From Octopus sinensis (Eukaryota), in the NCBI RefSeq assembly GCF_006345805.1, contig NC_043006.1, forward strand, positions 59,954,001 through 60,018,000: a DNA stretch of 64,000 nucleotides, in the 5' to 3' direction. Below, piece by piece: positions 1 through 13,136 of this stretch (position 1 is its first letter; each line of letters begins with the position of its first letter). The notes beneath the pieces were generated by a model. The model was given only the letters and a program-made list of their open reading frames with translations. It was not told the DNA's origin and ran no database searches. The translations under genes and the position numbers were made by a program.

Positions 1-706
1 CTGCATTACTTTTGCGAAGTTTTATCAGCGAACAAGTCGCGGTTTCAAAGCGAATAAGATATTTTGATACAAATGAAATTTTAATGTATTCCCGTACAAG
101 ATATCAAAAGTACATATTTGTATCCAGCTATTTTCGACTATACACTTTTATTCAAGGTCTGTTCACAGATGTGGTTCGAAGCGAACTGAGTGTATTTATG
201 CGAGGCTAACATATTTTGCAAGGTTGCTATGGCTTTTGAGAGAAGAAAAAAGAAGGTGAGAGGGAGAAATAGAAACTTGATATAGATCTAAAAATTACTG
301 CGTGGTTGACTTCATTCTGACCTTTAGTCTAAGTTCGAAATAAGATTTCTAGACCCTTAAATAGGTCATAGTGTATTTGTAGCTGGATTATGAGTTAGTT
401 AGTTTTCGATGGTTTGTACAACAGATAGGTGCTAAATGAAATTTAATCAAAGCAAATTAAGTTCTATTAGATTAAATTATTTACATGTGGTATAAAAGCA
501 AAACGTATTTACAGGGTGATCAGACGAAATGTAGACATATTTATTCAGATAATATCTCGATACAAAATGATATATCGAGTTTGAATATGCTCAAATAAAG
601 CCCAGAAAATGCAGATTGAGATGTTATATTTAATTTTCAAATATATCCGCCCTTGGCGGAGACTACTCGCCGGAGTCTTGGAACAACTTGGGGGCAAGTT
701 ACACGA

Positions 707-1070
707 ACAGTTCTGGGTTCAGTCCCACTGCGTGACACCTTGGGCAAGTGTCTTCTACTATAGTCTCGGGCCGACCAAAGCCTTGTGAGTGGATTTGGTA
801 GACGGAAACTGAAAGAAGCCTGTCGTATATATGTGTGTGTGTGTGTGTGTGCGTGTATGTTTGTGTGTCTGTGTTTGTTCCCCTAGCATTGCTTGACAAC
901 CGATGCTGGTGTGTTTATGTCCCCGTCACTTAGCGGTTCGGCAAAAGAGACCGATAGAATAAGTACTGGGCTTACAAAGAATAAGTCCCGGGGTCGAGTT
1001 GCTCGATTAAAGGCGGTGCTCCAGCATGGCCGCAGTCAATTGACTGAAGCAAGTAAAAGAGTAAAAGAGT
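707..1070 (+). mobile_element. tRNA-derived SINE family A (octopus-type, bipartite with TA/TG linker), 5'-truncated
   Basis: gggttcagtcccactgcgtg...gaaagaagcctgtcg, microsatellite linker, ...ggtgctccagcatggccgcagtc, (gtaaaaga)n tail; about 10 related copies in the window. Confidence 0.85.
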
Positions 1071-1230
1071 AAGTCGTTCAGCAAGAAATTGCAGAACGTT
1101 TTTATCGGACTACGAGAGACAACCATTATCATGCATGAACCGTGTAGTTCTGATTCCACGATTGTCAGAAGATGGTAACATGTAATTTAGCAAAATTTTT
1201 TAATATTTATTTTCGCAGTAACCAGTAACC

Positions 1231-1333
1231 ATGGAGGGTTTTCAAAAATTCAGCGTCTTTCTGCTCTTCATTATAATGACAACGTTCACCAGAGTATTCT
1301 GTAAGCCTTGCACGAACGCAATTGGAAGCCTAG
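1231..1333 (+). CDS. Host gene coding exon 1 (signal peptide): MEGFQKFSVFLLFIIMTTFTRVFCKPCTNAIGSL
   Basis: Acceptor tttcgcAG at 1217-1218, 12 nt before AACCATGG (implies an upstream non-coding exon); hydrophobic N-terminus; donor G|gtatgt at 1334, phase 1, matches exon 2. Confidence 0.8.
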
Positions 1334-1894
1334 GTATGTTTATGCCACTGTATCGTTTCTTTGTCATCACTACTAAATGTAAACTTACACGAAAATATTT
1401 TTCTCTTTTGCAGAACCATTTTAACCAATTAGCTCTGTTTAAATAACATTACGCATAAAGTTTTGAGTGAAATTTATGTATATACACTATATTTGCTACA
1501 TACAATGGTATTTTGATCAAAACCTGTTTTAAGTGCATATATTAATTCGATATTACGGCAAGTACAGTTCCACGTTTGTATATACATTGTAAATGATATT
1601 TGAAACTTATCGATTAAAATATTTGATCTGATCTTCCTATATCTTGTATGTCACATTTCTTGCCAGGAAATGTGGATGGCAGTGTATTTGGCAACTAGTT
1701 GAAGAAATTCTAGTTTGTATTATGTTAAGTCTCTCGGTTTAACACTATCATGTGGGTAACTTCTTTAGCATCAATAACCCTGGGTCAATCATACTTTTTC
1801 TCCTCTGAACAAATCCCAAATCCTAAATTTTAAATCAGTACGCTTTCGCGATTATCTTTTGAAGATTACAATATGCATTTTTCATTCATTTCAG

Positions 1895-2095
1895 CGAGTG
1901 TTATGCCAAAGCAAAGTGACCAATTTTATTTCCAGATGGAAATGACAGATGCGATAGCAAAAAATACTACGCAATCGCTGGAATATTATGATGGCAAAAC
2001 AAATCAAGGCTTAATAGACTTGCAGGGTTCTGACAGAACCTTAGTTTACTACAATCTGGCAACTCATAAAGTTAGAACAGTCTTACCTAACAAAG
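1895..2095 (+). CDS. Host gene exon 2: (A)SVMPKQSDQFYFQMEMTDAIAKNTTQSLEYYDGKTNQGLIDLQGSDRTLVYYNLATHKVRTVLPNK
   Basis: Acceptor ttcatttcAG 1893-1894, donor G|gtgag 2096; 201 nt, phase 1-1, open frame. Confidence 0.85.
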
Positions 2096-2823
2096 GTGAG
2101 GTTTTACTTTATTCATATTTAACATATATCACAACTAATTATGAATGTTGCATTAGTAGTATTTCTTAATGTTCAGTAATTCTTAATATTTTGACTTAAA
2201 CTTGCGTTATTTTCTTCTTGTATTTCATTTGTCTTCTCTCAGTTACTTTTATTCTTCTTACCGCTACTAAATGGCCTTCATTATTCTTAATCTTTATTTG
2301 TCCTCTATCAGTTTATATATATGTACTCTATCAATTTATATTTTCCCGTTTCTTCTCAATTAAAATCTGCTTCCTCGTTATTTCCTAACGCCTTTCTTCT
2401 CACATGCTTTAATTTCTCATATACGAATTCCTTTCTCTATGAATATCACTTTCCCTCTCATTCTCTCACATTTAATACCTCTGTAATTTCATCGCATTTT
2501 ATCTCTAATTCTCCGCTATGTTGTAGAACTTCATTTTCCTTCTTTCCACCTCTCCTCTCTTACTCATATTGCTATTTCCTTTCTTGTATTTTTTCATTCC
2601 TTCCTTATATTTCGTAATTTGCTTGCACGGCTACTCTTTTCACTTACTACTTTCTTACTCCCTCCCTATATTACGCTCTATCAGTTATCTGCCTATGTAT
2701 ATATCTTTCTGATCAATTTCTCTTTACTATACTTTGCTTTCCTCCCTTTCACTTCTCTCAGCACAGCCACTGCTTTCTCTTTCCAGCGTAATAGACAGAG
2801 AAATAGCATTTTATGCTGCTTCT

Positions 2824-2838
2824 GCTATTACTACTACG

Positions 2839-2909
<71 letters not shown>

Positions 2910-2986
2910 CACCACCACCACCACCACCACTACTACTACTACTACCACCACCACCACCACCACCACCACCACCACTACTACTACTA

Positions 2987-3035
<49 letters not shown>

Positions 3036-3063
3036 ACTACTACTACTACTACTACTACTACTA
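2824..3063. repeat. (ACT)n/(ACC)n compound microsatellite
   Basis: Direct reading. Confidence 0.95.
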
Positions 3064-3680
3064 AATGAGCCTTTCCTTTCTAAACAATATGTTTATTTGC
3101 TTACACTAGCTACATAAGAATTATATAGAGTTTGTGTTTATTTACCAAACTGGTAAATGAAGCAAAACCGAATAAGATGCCATATTAATGATACAATAAC
3201 ATTATATTTGAACATTCTCATCTACACTGACTTACTTCTAATCAAATATTTAAAATTTTCTGACTGTTAATAACATCATTTGTATAATTTGACTATAAAC
3301 AACATTTCAGCCCTTTCCTTTTCCATTCGAATTTGACTGTCAACTTCCTCGACGTATGAGCAATTAAATAAGATTTCTAAATTCAATATATGACAATCAG
3401 ATGATCAAAGAAAGAACTCATGAAGGAACTGATTGAAACGTAAAAAATAATAAAATTATCAGAATGTAATGTAAACATTCAACAATTTAAAAACAAGATG
3501 CATTTATCACAGGAAAGCGACACACAGTATTCTAGCGATCTAAAATTACTTTTACGTTTTATCATTCGAATGCGGCCAACTTTGTTTTCGATGGAATCGA
3601 ATGACCCATTCCCTCAAAACTGCTGTCATTGTGCCTAAATTAGAAACATTTAATTAGCTCACATATTCATATGTTTCAGT

Positions 3681-3810
3681 GCAGACTGCGTGGTTAAGAA
3701 ATTCGCTTTGCTGCAAGGTGGCTTCAGTTTCAGTATAACAGTGCATCAGTTTGGCCTAGAATCACTTCTGCTATAGCCCTGGCCCGACTAATGCCTTGTG
3801 AGTGAATTTG
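3681..3810 (+). mobile_element. Diverged SINE family A head
   Basis: gtggttaagaa...tctgctatagccctggcccgactaatgccttgtgagtgaatttg aligns by eye to family A. Confidence 0.55.
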
Positions 3811-3836
3811 ATACGCAATAACTGCACATGTGTACG

Positions 3837-3895
<59 letters not shown>

Positions 3896-3934
3896 ACATA
3901 TAAATTGTAAACTTAATAAATGGAAAAACCTCAA

Positions 3935-4118
3935 AATCATTCGAATCATGCATGTATACATATCATCACAAGTCGATGGTGGGATTCATGCATGCTTGAA
4001 GAAGAATCTGAACAAACTGGGATTTTCAGAAAGGGAAACTGACCGGCTGATGCGTACATTACAAGTCCAATCTGTGACTGGAACAGTAAAAATATGCAAG
4101 ACTTTTCTCAAGTTCTAA
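3935..4118 (+). mobile_element. 3' end of an R4/Dong-type (restriction-like endonuclease) non-LTR element
   Basis: NLNKLGFSERETDRLMRTLQVQSVTGTVKICKTFLKF* resembles the C-terminus at 47666-47830. Confidence 0.6.
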
Positions 4119-4405
4119 ATGTGAATCTGTCTGTATTAACTACATCCCAAAGATGGAGCCTTGTATCTTTGATGGAAACCAGCTCCCTCGTCAGTGGTAA
4201 ATTTATATATAAGAAACATTCATATGAATAAAATACAATAATATAGTCTCATAATAACCAATGTGCTAATTGGTTTCATACGAGAAGTTGAGAACCAACT
4301 CCGACAATCATCAGCAGTTGCTTAAAGGAATTGTATAGACTTTGGCGGCGAGAGTGCTCACATGCAATCAGATGAAGAAACAGCGACGGTATTTCAGTAT
4401 CTGAA

Positions 4406-4638
4406 GGCGGCGAGCTGGCAGAAACGTTAGCACGCCGGCCGAAATGCGTAGCCGTATTTCGTCTGCCATTACGTTCTGAGTTCAAATTCTGCCTAGGTCG
4501 ACTTTGCTTTTCATCCTTTCGGGGGTCGATTAAATAAGTACCAGTTATGCACTGGGGTCGATGTAATCGACTTAATCCGTTTGTCTGTCCTTGTTTGTCC
4601 CCTCTGTGTTTAGCCCCTTGGTGGGTAGTAAAGAAATA
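4406..4638 (+). mobile_element. tRNA-derived SINE family B, full length, 15-bp TSD
   Basis: Head ggcggcgagctggcagaaacgttagc, B-box-like gttcaaattc; identical GGTATTTCAGTATCT at 4388-4402 and 4639-4653. Confidence 0.88.
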
Positions 4639-4855
4639 GGTATTTCAGTATCTTTGCGGGTCTCAAGGAACGCATTCCCATTGGCAAACACGAAATAGAA
4701 GGGAACCATCTTTCTATTGCAGCCTCTCCCGATCGACAAGGTGCAACTTTTTCTGAAAACTATCTATTCATAGCATTCTGTACGCTTTACTTAACGTGGA
4801 TATACTATAGAAAGCCGCAAAACTGCAGTATTCATGTTGAGAAAGTTTTCAAGCG

Positions 4856-5110
4856 CGTGCGCACGCACGTACGCACGCACGCACGTACGCACGCACGCAC
4901 GTACGCACGCACGCACGTACGCACGCACGCACGCACGCACGCACGCACGTACGCACGCACGCACGCACGCAATCACGCACGTATGCACGCACGCACGTAC
5001 GCACGCACGCACGCACGTACGCACGCACGCACGCACGTACGCACGCACGCACGTACGCACGCACGCATGTACGCACGCACGTACGCACGCACGCACACAC
5101 GCGCGCGCGT
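4856..5110. repeat. (ACGC)n/(ACGT) CpG-rich microsatellite
   Basis: Direct reading. Confidence 0.95.
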
Positions 5111-5376
5111 ATGTGTATGCATATGTATATGCGTATGCATGCATATACGTATATGTATGTGTTTATGTGACCAAATGCATAATATATACATAAATGTATA
5201 CATGCATGCACACATATATATATGTGCGTGTGTGTGCAAATGTGTGTATGCGTGTGTGTATATGTGTGTATGTGTTATTTTCGTCTCTCACTTCTTGATT
5301 ACTGGTACCGGTATTTTGTTTATGTCCCTGTAGTTTGATGGTTTGGCTAACAAAGAGACCGATAGTAAATGTAAAA

Positions 5377-5775
5377 GGCGCAGGAGTGGCTGTGTGGTAA
5401 GTAGCTTGCTAACCAACCACATGGTTCCGGGTTCAGGACCACTGCGTGGCATCTTGGGCAAATGTCTTCTGTTATAGCCTCGGGCCGACCAAAACCTTGT
5501 GAGTGGATTTGGTAGACGGAAACTGAAAGAAGCCTGTCGTAATATATATGTATGTGTGTGTCTGTGTTTGTCCCCCCCCCGCCCAACATCGCTTGACAAC
5601 CGATGCTGGTGTGTTTACGCCCCCGTCACTTAGCGGTTCGGCAAAAGAGACCGATAGAATGAGTACTGGGCTTACAAAGAATAAGTCCCGGGGTCGATTT
5701 GCTCGACTAAAGGCGGTGCTCCAGCATGGCCGCAGTCAAATGACTGAAACAAGTAAAAGAGTAAAAGAGTAAAGA
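5377..5775 (+). mobile_element. SINE family A, full length
   Basis: ggcgcaggagtggctgtgtggtaagtagc head through (gtaaaaga)n tail. Confidence 0.9.
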
Positions 5776-5962
5776 GTATCAAACCTAAAAACAGTTCTGG
5801 GATAGATTTAATCGATTAAACCTTGTAAAGTGTTATTCTAGCATGACCGCAGTTCAGTGATCGAACCAAGTATATGATTGATTGAATAAAAAGAAATAAT
5901 AATGCTTTAAATTATTTATAATTTATATGATTGTCAAACTTTATCCGCTGCTTTTATTACAG

Positions 5963-6181
5963 GAAAATGTACCGTGTCAGACATATCGCAAAGCATATAT
6001 AATCCAAGACCTAGGCTCAATTCCCGTTCCATTTCTGGAGTAGCTGCTTTATTCTTCAAATCACAAGATCTAGAAGAACGATGTTTAGGCATAGCAAGAG
6101 TTCGAGGCATCTGGTGTTATCACTGGAAGTTGACAATGAAAGATGAAAGTACCTCTTTTGAAATGGACTGGTATTTCTCAG
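5963..6181 (+). CDS. Host gene exon 3: (G)KCTVSDISQ...RVRGIWCYHWKLTMKDESTSFEMDWYFS
   Basis: Acceptor cttttattacAG, donor G|gtaagt 6182; 219 nt, phase 1-1; its VRGIWCxHW and WYFS motifs recur in exon 8. Confidence 0.88.
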
Positions 6182-7692
6182 GTAAGTTAGCGTTCTGTTG
6201 AAGACATTTTGTCTGTTAGATTGATATAATAACTATTGAAGATTTGAATTGCAGGTGTAGCATGGCCAAATGACCGAGGACTTCGTTAAGAGCAGAAGTT
6301 CTCAAACTTTTTAAGCCATTGCCCCCCCCCTACCTCATGGTCACTTAATATCCCCAGTGCCCCACCCTTATTTTTATGCATAAATATTTTATATTCTACT
6401 AATTTATATATACTATAAATCATTTGATATTTAATATAATATTATATAATTTGTATACAATACTATAATAATATAATAAATTCATAGAGTCCCCCAATCT
6501 ACTGCCAAAAAAAAAACCTTCATTATGTTTTCTTACTCGATAAAATAATGCACAAATTTATAACGTATATTGAAGTCAGAAGTGCAGTGGCAGGAGTGCT
6601 TTTAAAGGTTGTAGTAATATGAGAAGGCTTTGGACTTAACGAAGTGTCCTTGTTAGGCGTGAAATTAAATCATCGACTCGCTTGAACAACCACATAATAA
6701 TTTTATTTGTCTTAAATTATATATACCAACGACAAACATTGTAAGTGTAGCAAATATGGCTAAGTGTGTCAAAGAAAGGCATTTCTGTGTAAGCAGAGAG
6801 TATATGATGATCTGTGTTGAAATATAAGATGAAACTTACAGTGAATTAATTGAATATTTCACAGAGAAGAAATAATTATTTTCTTCAGGAATGTGAGAGA
6901 GAAAGGTGTTCAAAAGCATTTGGCTGTTGGATGTAAGTTTCCGAGAACTTCTGATGGTTAGACATTATTCGCCCTTCATTTGCAGTTCTTCTCTCTTCGA
7001 GGTACAGCAGAAACAGGTCTTGTTGCCTCTCTGTTTCGCAAAAGAACCTCTAGCGGCAACGTTCAACAATGTGCTGCACATATGCACAGCGATACTGTTC
7101 CGGTAAACGGAGCTTTCCACTTCGTAAATGCAAACAATATGTGAAGAATGGTAGTTGACTCGGTTTGGTACATCACCGTATTATCCCGTGACAAGTCGAT
7201 AAGTCATTAAGAAAAAAGGGAAGCAGCATTGTAATACAAAAATTGAAAAATAAAGAACAAAATATGCAAACATACTGAGAGCAATTGTCAGAAGTATGCT
7301 GCCCGGAAAAGTAGTTTCTGTAGATTTAGTGTGTAGACTTCTAAAAACCTACACACAACTGTACATGAAATAGAAATCACAAATGAGTGGTTGAAGGTAC
7401 AGGTCTTGATTATTAGTAGTGTAGCACTGTTAATGGTACAAGAGTCTCCCATAAAAAGAAAAGGAATACGTGCAAAAAGGGAATGTATAGAAAAGGCAAT
7501 GTTATAAGTCCTGTACGAAAGGAATTCCGCACCAATAACAAGTTTGTTCGTATAAATGTCACGAAGTTCGTGCATTGAAAAAGTGTATGTTGCTACGGTG
7601 TTCATAGCAAAAGAAAAGAGATGAAAGACTAAAGCCATAATAGTATACCATTAAAACAGCCCATCCGGGTAAGTTTTTAGGGGGGTGGTGGT

Positions 7693-9400
7693 TCAATGAG
7701 AAGGATGAGCTTGTTGAATTGAAAGTGGCTTCTCAACCTCAGGCTGAATTGTGCTCTGTAATTTGGAGCTTGCACCGCTACTTCGTAAGAAGGCGAGTGA
7801 CTGCATTGAATCCTTTCTCAACCAAATAAGATGTTGGAAACGCAATGAAAAACGATTTGACTTTCTTCCAAAGCTCCGGATAGCGGTTACGGACAGCCTT
7901 TTGAAGCCAAAATTCTTGATAGCACTTGCGGAATTTAGGCTTCAGTTCAATATCATTTTGAAGAGTTATCAGCTCCTCTTCTAACTCTCCACTTTCTTCT
8001 TCACCGATGTCAATGAAAAGGGGTTGACTATCTAGTCAGGAACTCGACGCTTCATATCTTCGTGCAGTTCAGTGAGGTGAGAGCAAAAGACAAACAGATC
8101 CTCGTCTGCAAGTTTTCCGTCCTTTCCGAAACCAGACAAGCAAGGAAACTGGAAAAAAACTCCCTGCGTCCAAGATTGCTCTTATACATAAGTTTCGGTT
8201 GAAATGTTGAAATGGTTGACTTAACTTGGATGAGATTAACACCATTTACTTGCATGTGCTTATTCACTTTGTTGCATTTATTGAATAAGTCAGACAAGTG
8301 TGCAATATCTTTTTTTATACCTTAAAGCCTCACACTAAGTTATGGGACGGTAGTATCAAAGGACTCCGTTATTGAATCAAACAAGACCTAAAAACGATTC
8401 AGACAATTTCCTGGTGATATCCACCTCACCTCTGTGTGGGGCAGCAAGTTTTGAAAGTCTTCGTCGTTTTGAAAGCAAAGCTGTTGAAACAGGTGAGAGA
8501 TCAGAGCATGAGATTTGTTTTTATTCACGGCAGTCATGACCGTGTTTAGGGAATCATGAAGACGACCACTGAGGTTTCGTGCAACAAGATGTTGTCGGTG
8601 AATCACGCAGTGCATCTTGAAGACAAGTAGACTGGTTTTGAGATAACTGATCAAGTCGCGATGACAGCCAGTCATCGATGGTGAATCATCAGTTGCACAG
8701 GCAGTAAAGCTCTTGACCACATTGAAAATGGATTCATCTTGGTATTAGTTTCTGGCAAAGAGCAGCTCTTGGCATAAACTTTCCTCTTTCACAAAACGAA
8801 CACATATGCGAGGAGGAGGAGGAGGTTATCATTACCTGGCAAAGTAGACTTGTCCAACTGCAAGCTGAATTTGGTTTTCTTCAGAATTGTGTAGAGTTGG
8901 TCTTCGACGTTTTCTGCTATTTCATCAACCCTCTTCTGGACAGAGCTAGCTGTTACTCTTTGATAATTAGCTCTGGTGCCTTGTGTAGCACCGTCTTCAG
9001 GACTTCTTTTACAGCTGGCAAGATTAGCTGTTCCCCTAATGTGTGAGGTTTGCCCGACATCGCAATGAGAAATGGTATCTTATAAGAAGCGCGCATACCA
9101 TCGCTAAAATGACTGGATGAGCTGGGAAAAAAAACTTCCTATTGTTTTTCTCTTGTGAAAATTGCTTTTAAGGGATTGAAAATAATTCAGATTCTTTTCT
9201 GCTCTATGAGGATGCATTTTTCTCAAGTTTTCTTGAAGTCTTGATGGTTTCATCGCTTGACATGTAAGTCTTTTCACAGAGTAGACAGATTGGTTGCTGT
9301 TGGTTGTGTGGAGCTGAAATAAATTCATACTTGTGGTAGTCGACACTATACTACTTACACTTTCTTTTTAGACGAGGTCGATGAAGCACTATTTTTGATC
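7693..9400 (-). pseudogene. Decayed hAT Buster/ZBED8-SCAND3-type transposase
   Basis: BED finger remnant CLLCEK...AMKPSRLQE.LRKMHP, TDDSPSMTG, HCVIHRQHL, EVRWIS.G.CL.RF and C-terminal QQAHPSH* (stop 7693-7695); many stops and frameshifts. Possible TIR-like cagaagttctcaaactt at ~6293, partner end not found. Confidence 0.85.
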
Positions 9401-11064
9401 TGATAAGATAATACACAATTTTACATATCAGACTGGCTTGGCGCATTGTAAAGAATCATCTTCCTGATTTGGATCTATTCCGTTTGAAAAACAGATTTTT
9501 TAATTTTTCGAATTAAGTAAAAATTTTCAAATTTGGTGTACTGATGTAATTTTTCACGCTAAATACAATTTACTTTAATCACTTTTTCCAGAAAACAACT
9601 CTTTTCAATCTAGCATCATAATGCAGCCAATTATAAGCCTGGAACTATCTTGACTGTAACCTCGGTATCTTGTTTGGTAGTTTTTGAACAGGTATCACAG
9701 TCACATCTGGATGATAAGGTTCCATCGGTATGGGGCAGCTTTCATAACGTTGAGCAGTTTCAATTATGGCGGAAGTTGAGGGAGATACAAATATCTTGGC
9801 TCGATTTTTTTTAGCACTTTCCTGAGGAAGAACATTATCATTTTCATGATCAATTAGTAAAGGGAAGCTTCCATTACATTCAGCAGGTTCATAAGAAACG
9901 ATGCAAGTTGAGGGAGACACAAGAGCTTGGTTTAATTTTTTTTGATTCCTTATTTTGGAGCTTTCATGAGAAAGACAATATCATTTTCACAACTACGTTT
10001 AAAATGTCCACGAATATCCATAAGTTATGTTAGAACCTTAAAAAGAAATCTTTAAAAAATACTCGTACGAATTAAATACAAAAGGTTTTTCAGTCCAAAA
10101 CAAAAGCAAGCTTTGAAATTATATATGTTTGAAAAATAGACGTGAAAGTTCTCAAAGATTGCAATATTTCAATTGAATAGACAATTCTACAATTCAAACT
10201 GTAAAGTAAAAATAGCAAAGATGTAAAATTTGAAAAATTTCCTACCTTTCTCTGAAATCATAAATTTATAGGTAAAATAGAACGTTGCAAAATAAAAATA
10301 TTTCATTGCAACGAATCAGTTGAGATGCTTGGTGACAGTGAGCAAGCAATATCTGTATCCCTTTATATATATAAACATAGGTAGATACGCACACACACAC
10401 ACACACACGAGCACACACATACAGACACACATTCCCGCACAAACATGTGTGTGTGTGTGTGTGCGTGACTTGTCTTGGGTACAGAGTCTTGTCTCCAGTT
10501 TTTATTGCCTATGGGGGTCATAGACCACTCCTCTAGGTACAAAGTGACCAGTTTTTCAACAACGTCCCCCCCACACACATGAATACAAATAAGTATTTAA
10601 AATCAAACTTTAAAATCATTCTTTCAAAAACAAAAACATGGCCATACACAGCTAAATCAAAAACATATCGAATCTTAAAAAAAATAAAGACCTCATCCAA
10701 TTACAATATTGAATACAAAAGAATGAAAACAAAAAAGCAAGACCTTGAAAATGAATTTATAATTTTTACTGGAGAAAATCAAAACATCTGGCCTTCCAAT
10801 TAAAAAAAACTTGAATACAAAAAATTCCTTTCCTTCCCTACCTAAAAGATTGCTAAAAGGAAAGTTCGACCACTTTGAAACAAGAGCCATGCCTCCCCAC
10901 CCTCTCAAACTTTTTTCTTCTTTCTTTTTCCTTCCTCTGCAAACCACCAGAACACTCCTATATGAGTGTGTATGTATACTTGCAAATGCCACAACCAAAT
11001 TTTGATAATTTTGATCTCTCTCTCTCTCTATCCGCTCAGTCGAAGTCGACTCTCGGTCACTCAC

Positions 11065-11105
<41 letters not shown>

Positions 11106-11126
11106 CATATATATATATATAATATG

Positions 11127-11174
<48 letters not shown>

Positions 11175-11377
11175 GTATATATATATGTATATATATATAT
11201 GTATATATATGTATATATATATGTAATTTTAATCCAAACGGGAAACAAAAAAACAACAACAATGGAACAATTACAGTATTATTATTAATAGGCGCTCAGG
11301 AAAAGGAAGCAGGGAGGTTATATATGTATGTATATATATATGTATATATATATATATATAATATATATATATATATA

Positions 11378-11446
<69 letters not shown>

Positions 11447-12103
11447 ATAATATATATGTATATATATATATATTATATATGTATATATATGTATATATAT
11501 ATATATATGTATATATATATTATGTATATATATATATATGTAATATATATATGTATATATATGCTTTTAAATATATAGGAGGGATGGTTTATTAGCAATT
11601 TAACAACTTAAAGGCAAATTTATAGACGATACTAAAGTGAAAGAGGCTACAGCGTTTCTAGAAATAAGAGTCAAAACAACTCGATGGCCACAGACAATAC
11701 CATCATAATGACTGACAAGGGAGACTTTACCTTTAGGTCCTTAAATTGCTAAATTTACCTTTAGGTTGTTAAATTGCTAATAAGCCACCCATATTATTTG
11801 TAATATTCACTTTTACCGTTGTTGAAATCAGCTAATGTGTTCAACGGTTTTCTTATAAGCTGACAAAGTGAGTTGAGTTTAACCCTAGGCACAGTAAGAG
11901 CCATCGATAAGAATTAAGATGGTCTAGCATCAGAATTCGAAATCACCAGTGATCTGGCTATATCCGCTGTAGGGAGCTTCTCTCCCTTGTAAGTCATTAA
12001 GATGGTACTATCTGTGGCTATTGGGTTGGTTTGACTAATATTTCTAGCAATGCTGGTACTACTTAATACCTCTGTCACTTTAGTGACGTCTCTCTCTCAC
12101 TCA

Positions 12104-12134
<31 letters not shown>

Positions 12135-12181
12135 TGTATGTATGTATGTATGTATGTATGTATGTATGTATGTATGTATGT

Positions 12182-12240
<59 letters not shown>

Positions 12241-12355
12241 ATATATATGTATATCTACATACATATATACATATTTACGAAAATAAACAAAAGACGAAGG
12301 CAGGTGTTGTACAAACAAACAAATGTATTAGTATAGCGCTCAGGAATATAAAAAG

Positions 12356-12388
12356 TCTTTTACGTTTCGAGCCTACGCTCTTCCACAG
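12356..12388 (-). ncRNA. PLE-type minimal hammerhead-like motif (CUGUGGA core, 5' stem I lost)
   Basis: Minus strand: CUGUGGA-A-GAGC-GUAG-GCUC-GAAAC-GUA-AAAGA inside the repeat 12275-12390. Confidence 0.5.
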
Positions 12389-12548
12389 ATATATATATAT
12401 ATATATATACATACATACCCCCCGCATACATATAAATTTATATATATATGGATATATTCATGTCAATATATGCACATGGTCCTGTGTGTGCATGTATACA
12501 TATATCTATATCTATTTATATTATTTTTCGTTTATTTTTATATATAAG

Positions 12549-12700
12549 ATCCTCAGTGGAGTACTGCCACACAAGAAAACAGTGTGCCTGTGAGATTCAT
12601 GGTTAAGGGATCCGTGAAGGGAAACAAAGACGCATTTCAGAATTATTACGACTTTTTTCAATTTCGTAAAAATCTTGACGGTCTTGGACAAATCTTTGAG
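12549..12700 (+). CDS. Host gene exon 4: (D)PQWSTATQENSVPVRFMVKGSVKGNKDAFQNYYDFFQFRKNLDGLGQIFE
   Basis: Acceptor after a T-rich tract (tatataAG 12547-12548), donor GAG|gtaggt 12701; 152 nt, phase 1-0, exactly bridges exons 3 and 5; not in the supplied ORF track. Confidence 0.85.
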
Positions 12701-13088
12701 GTAGGTTTCCGCAATTTTTATTTAATAATCTCAATTTTATCGATGCTGTATGAGTAGCAAGTTTGTAGAATCGGTCGATTGGGCAATGAATTCTCGTATT
12801 TATTTGCATCTTTCTATGTTCAGAGTTCGAGTCTTGCCAAGACCGCTTTTATATTTTGCGTACCGGTTTCGCTGACATAAATACTTTTTCTCATATGATT
12901 GAATGTTCTCTTACTTTGAAAGTTGTGCCATTGAACTAAATAAGTAATGAGTATTAAGATATGTGACAGAAATAAATGCTTAACAGACCTGGTCGTGAAG
13001 CATTACGTTCTTACCTCATTGCGGGTTAACAATGCGTTGAGATTAGAATTTGATACATTGAGACAGTAACGAGATTTGCCGATTATAC

Positions 13089-13136
<48 letters not shown>

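Noticed and set aside
200-260. Possible 5' UTR exon ending at donor AAG|gtgag (255/256)
   Set aside because: An upstream exon is implied by the acceptor at 1218, but this donor alone is not enough evidence.
510-660. TACAGGGTG mariner-like terminus
   Set aside because: No matching second TIR or transposase remnant found.
2619-3117. Long ORFs of poly-T/Y/H/L, and similar YI, HT, LSIY and CMYV ORFs throughout the window
   Set aside because: They are translations of microsatellites, with no splice or domain support.
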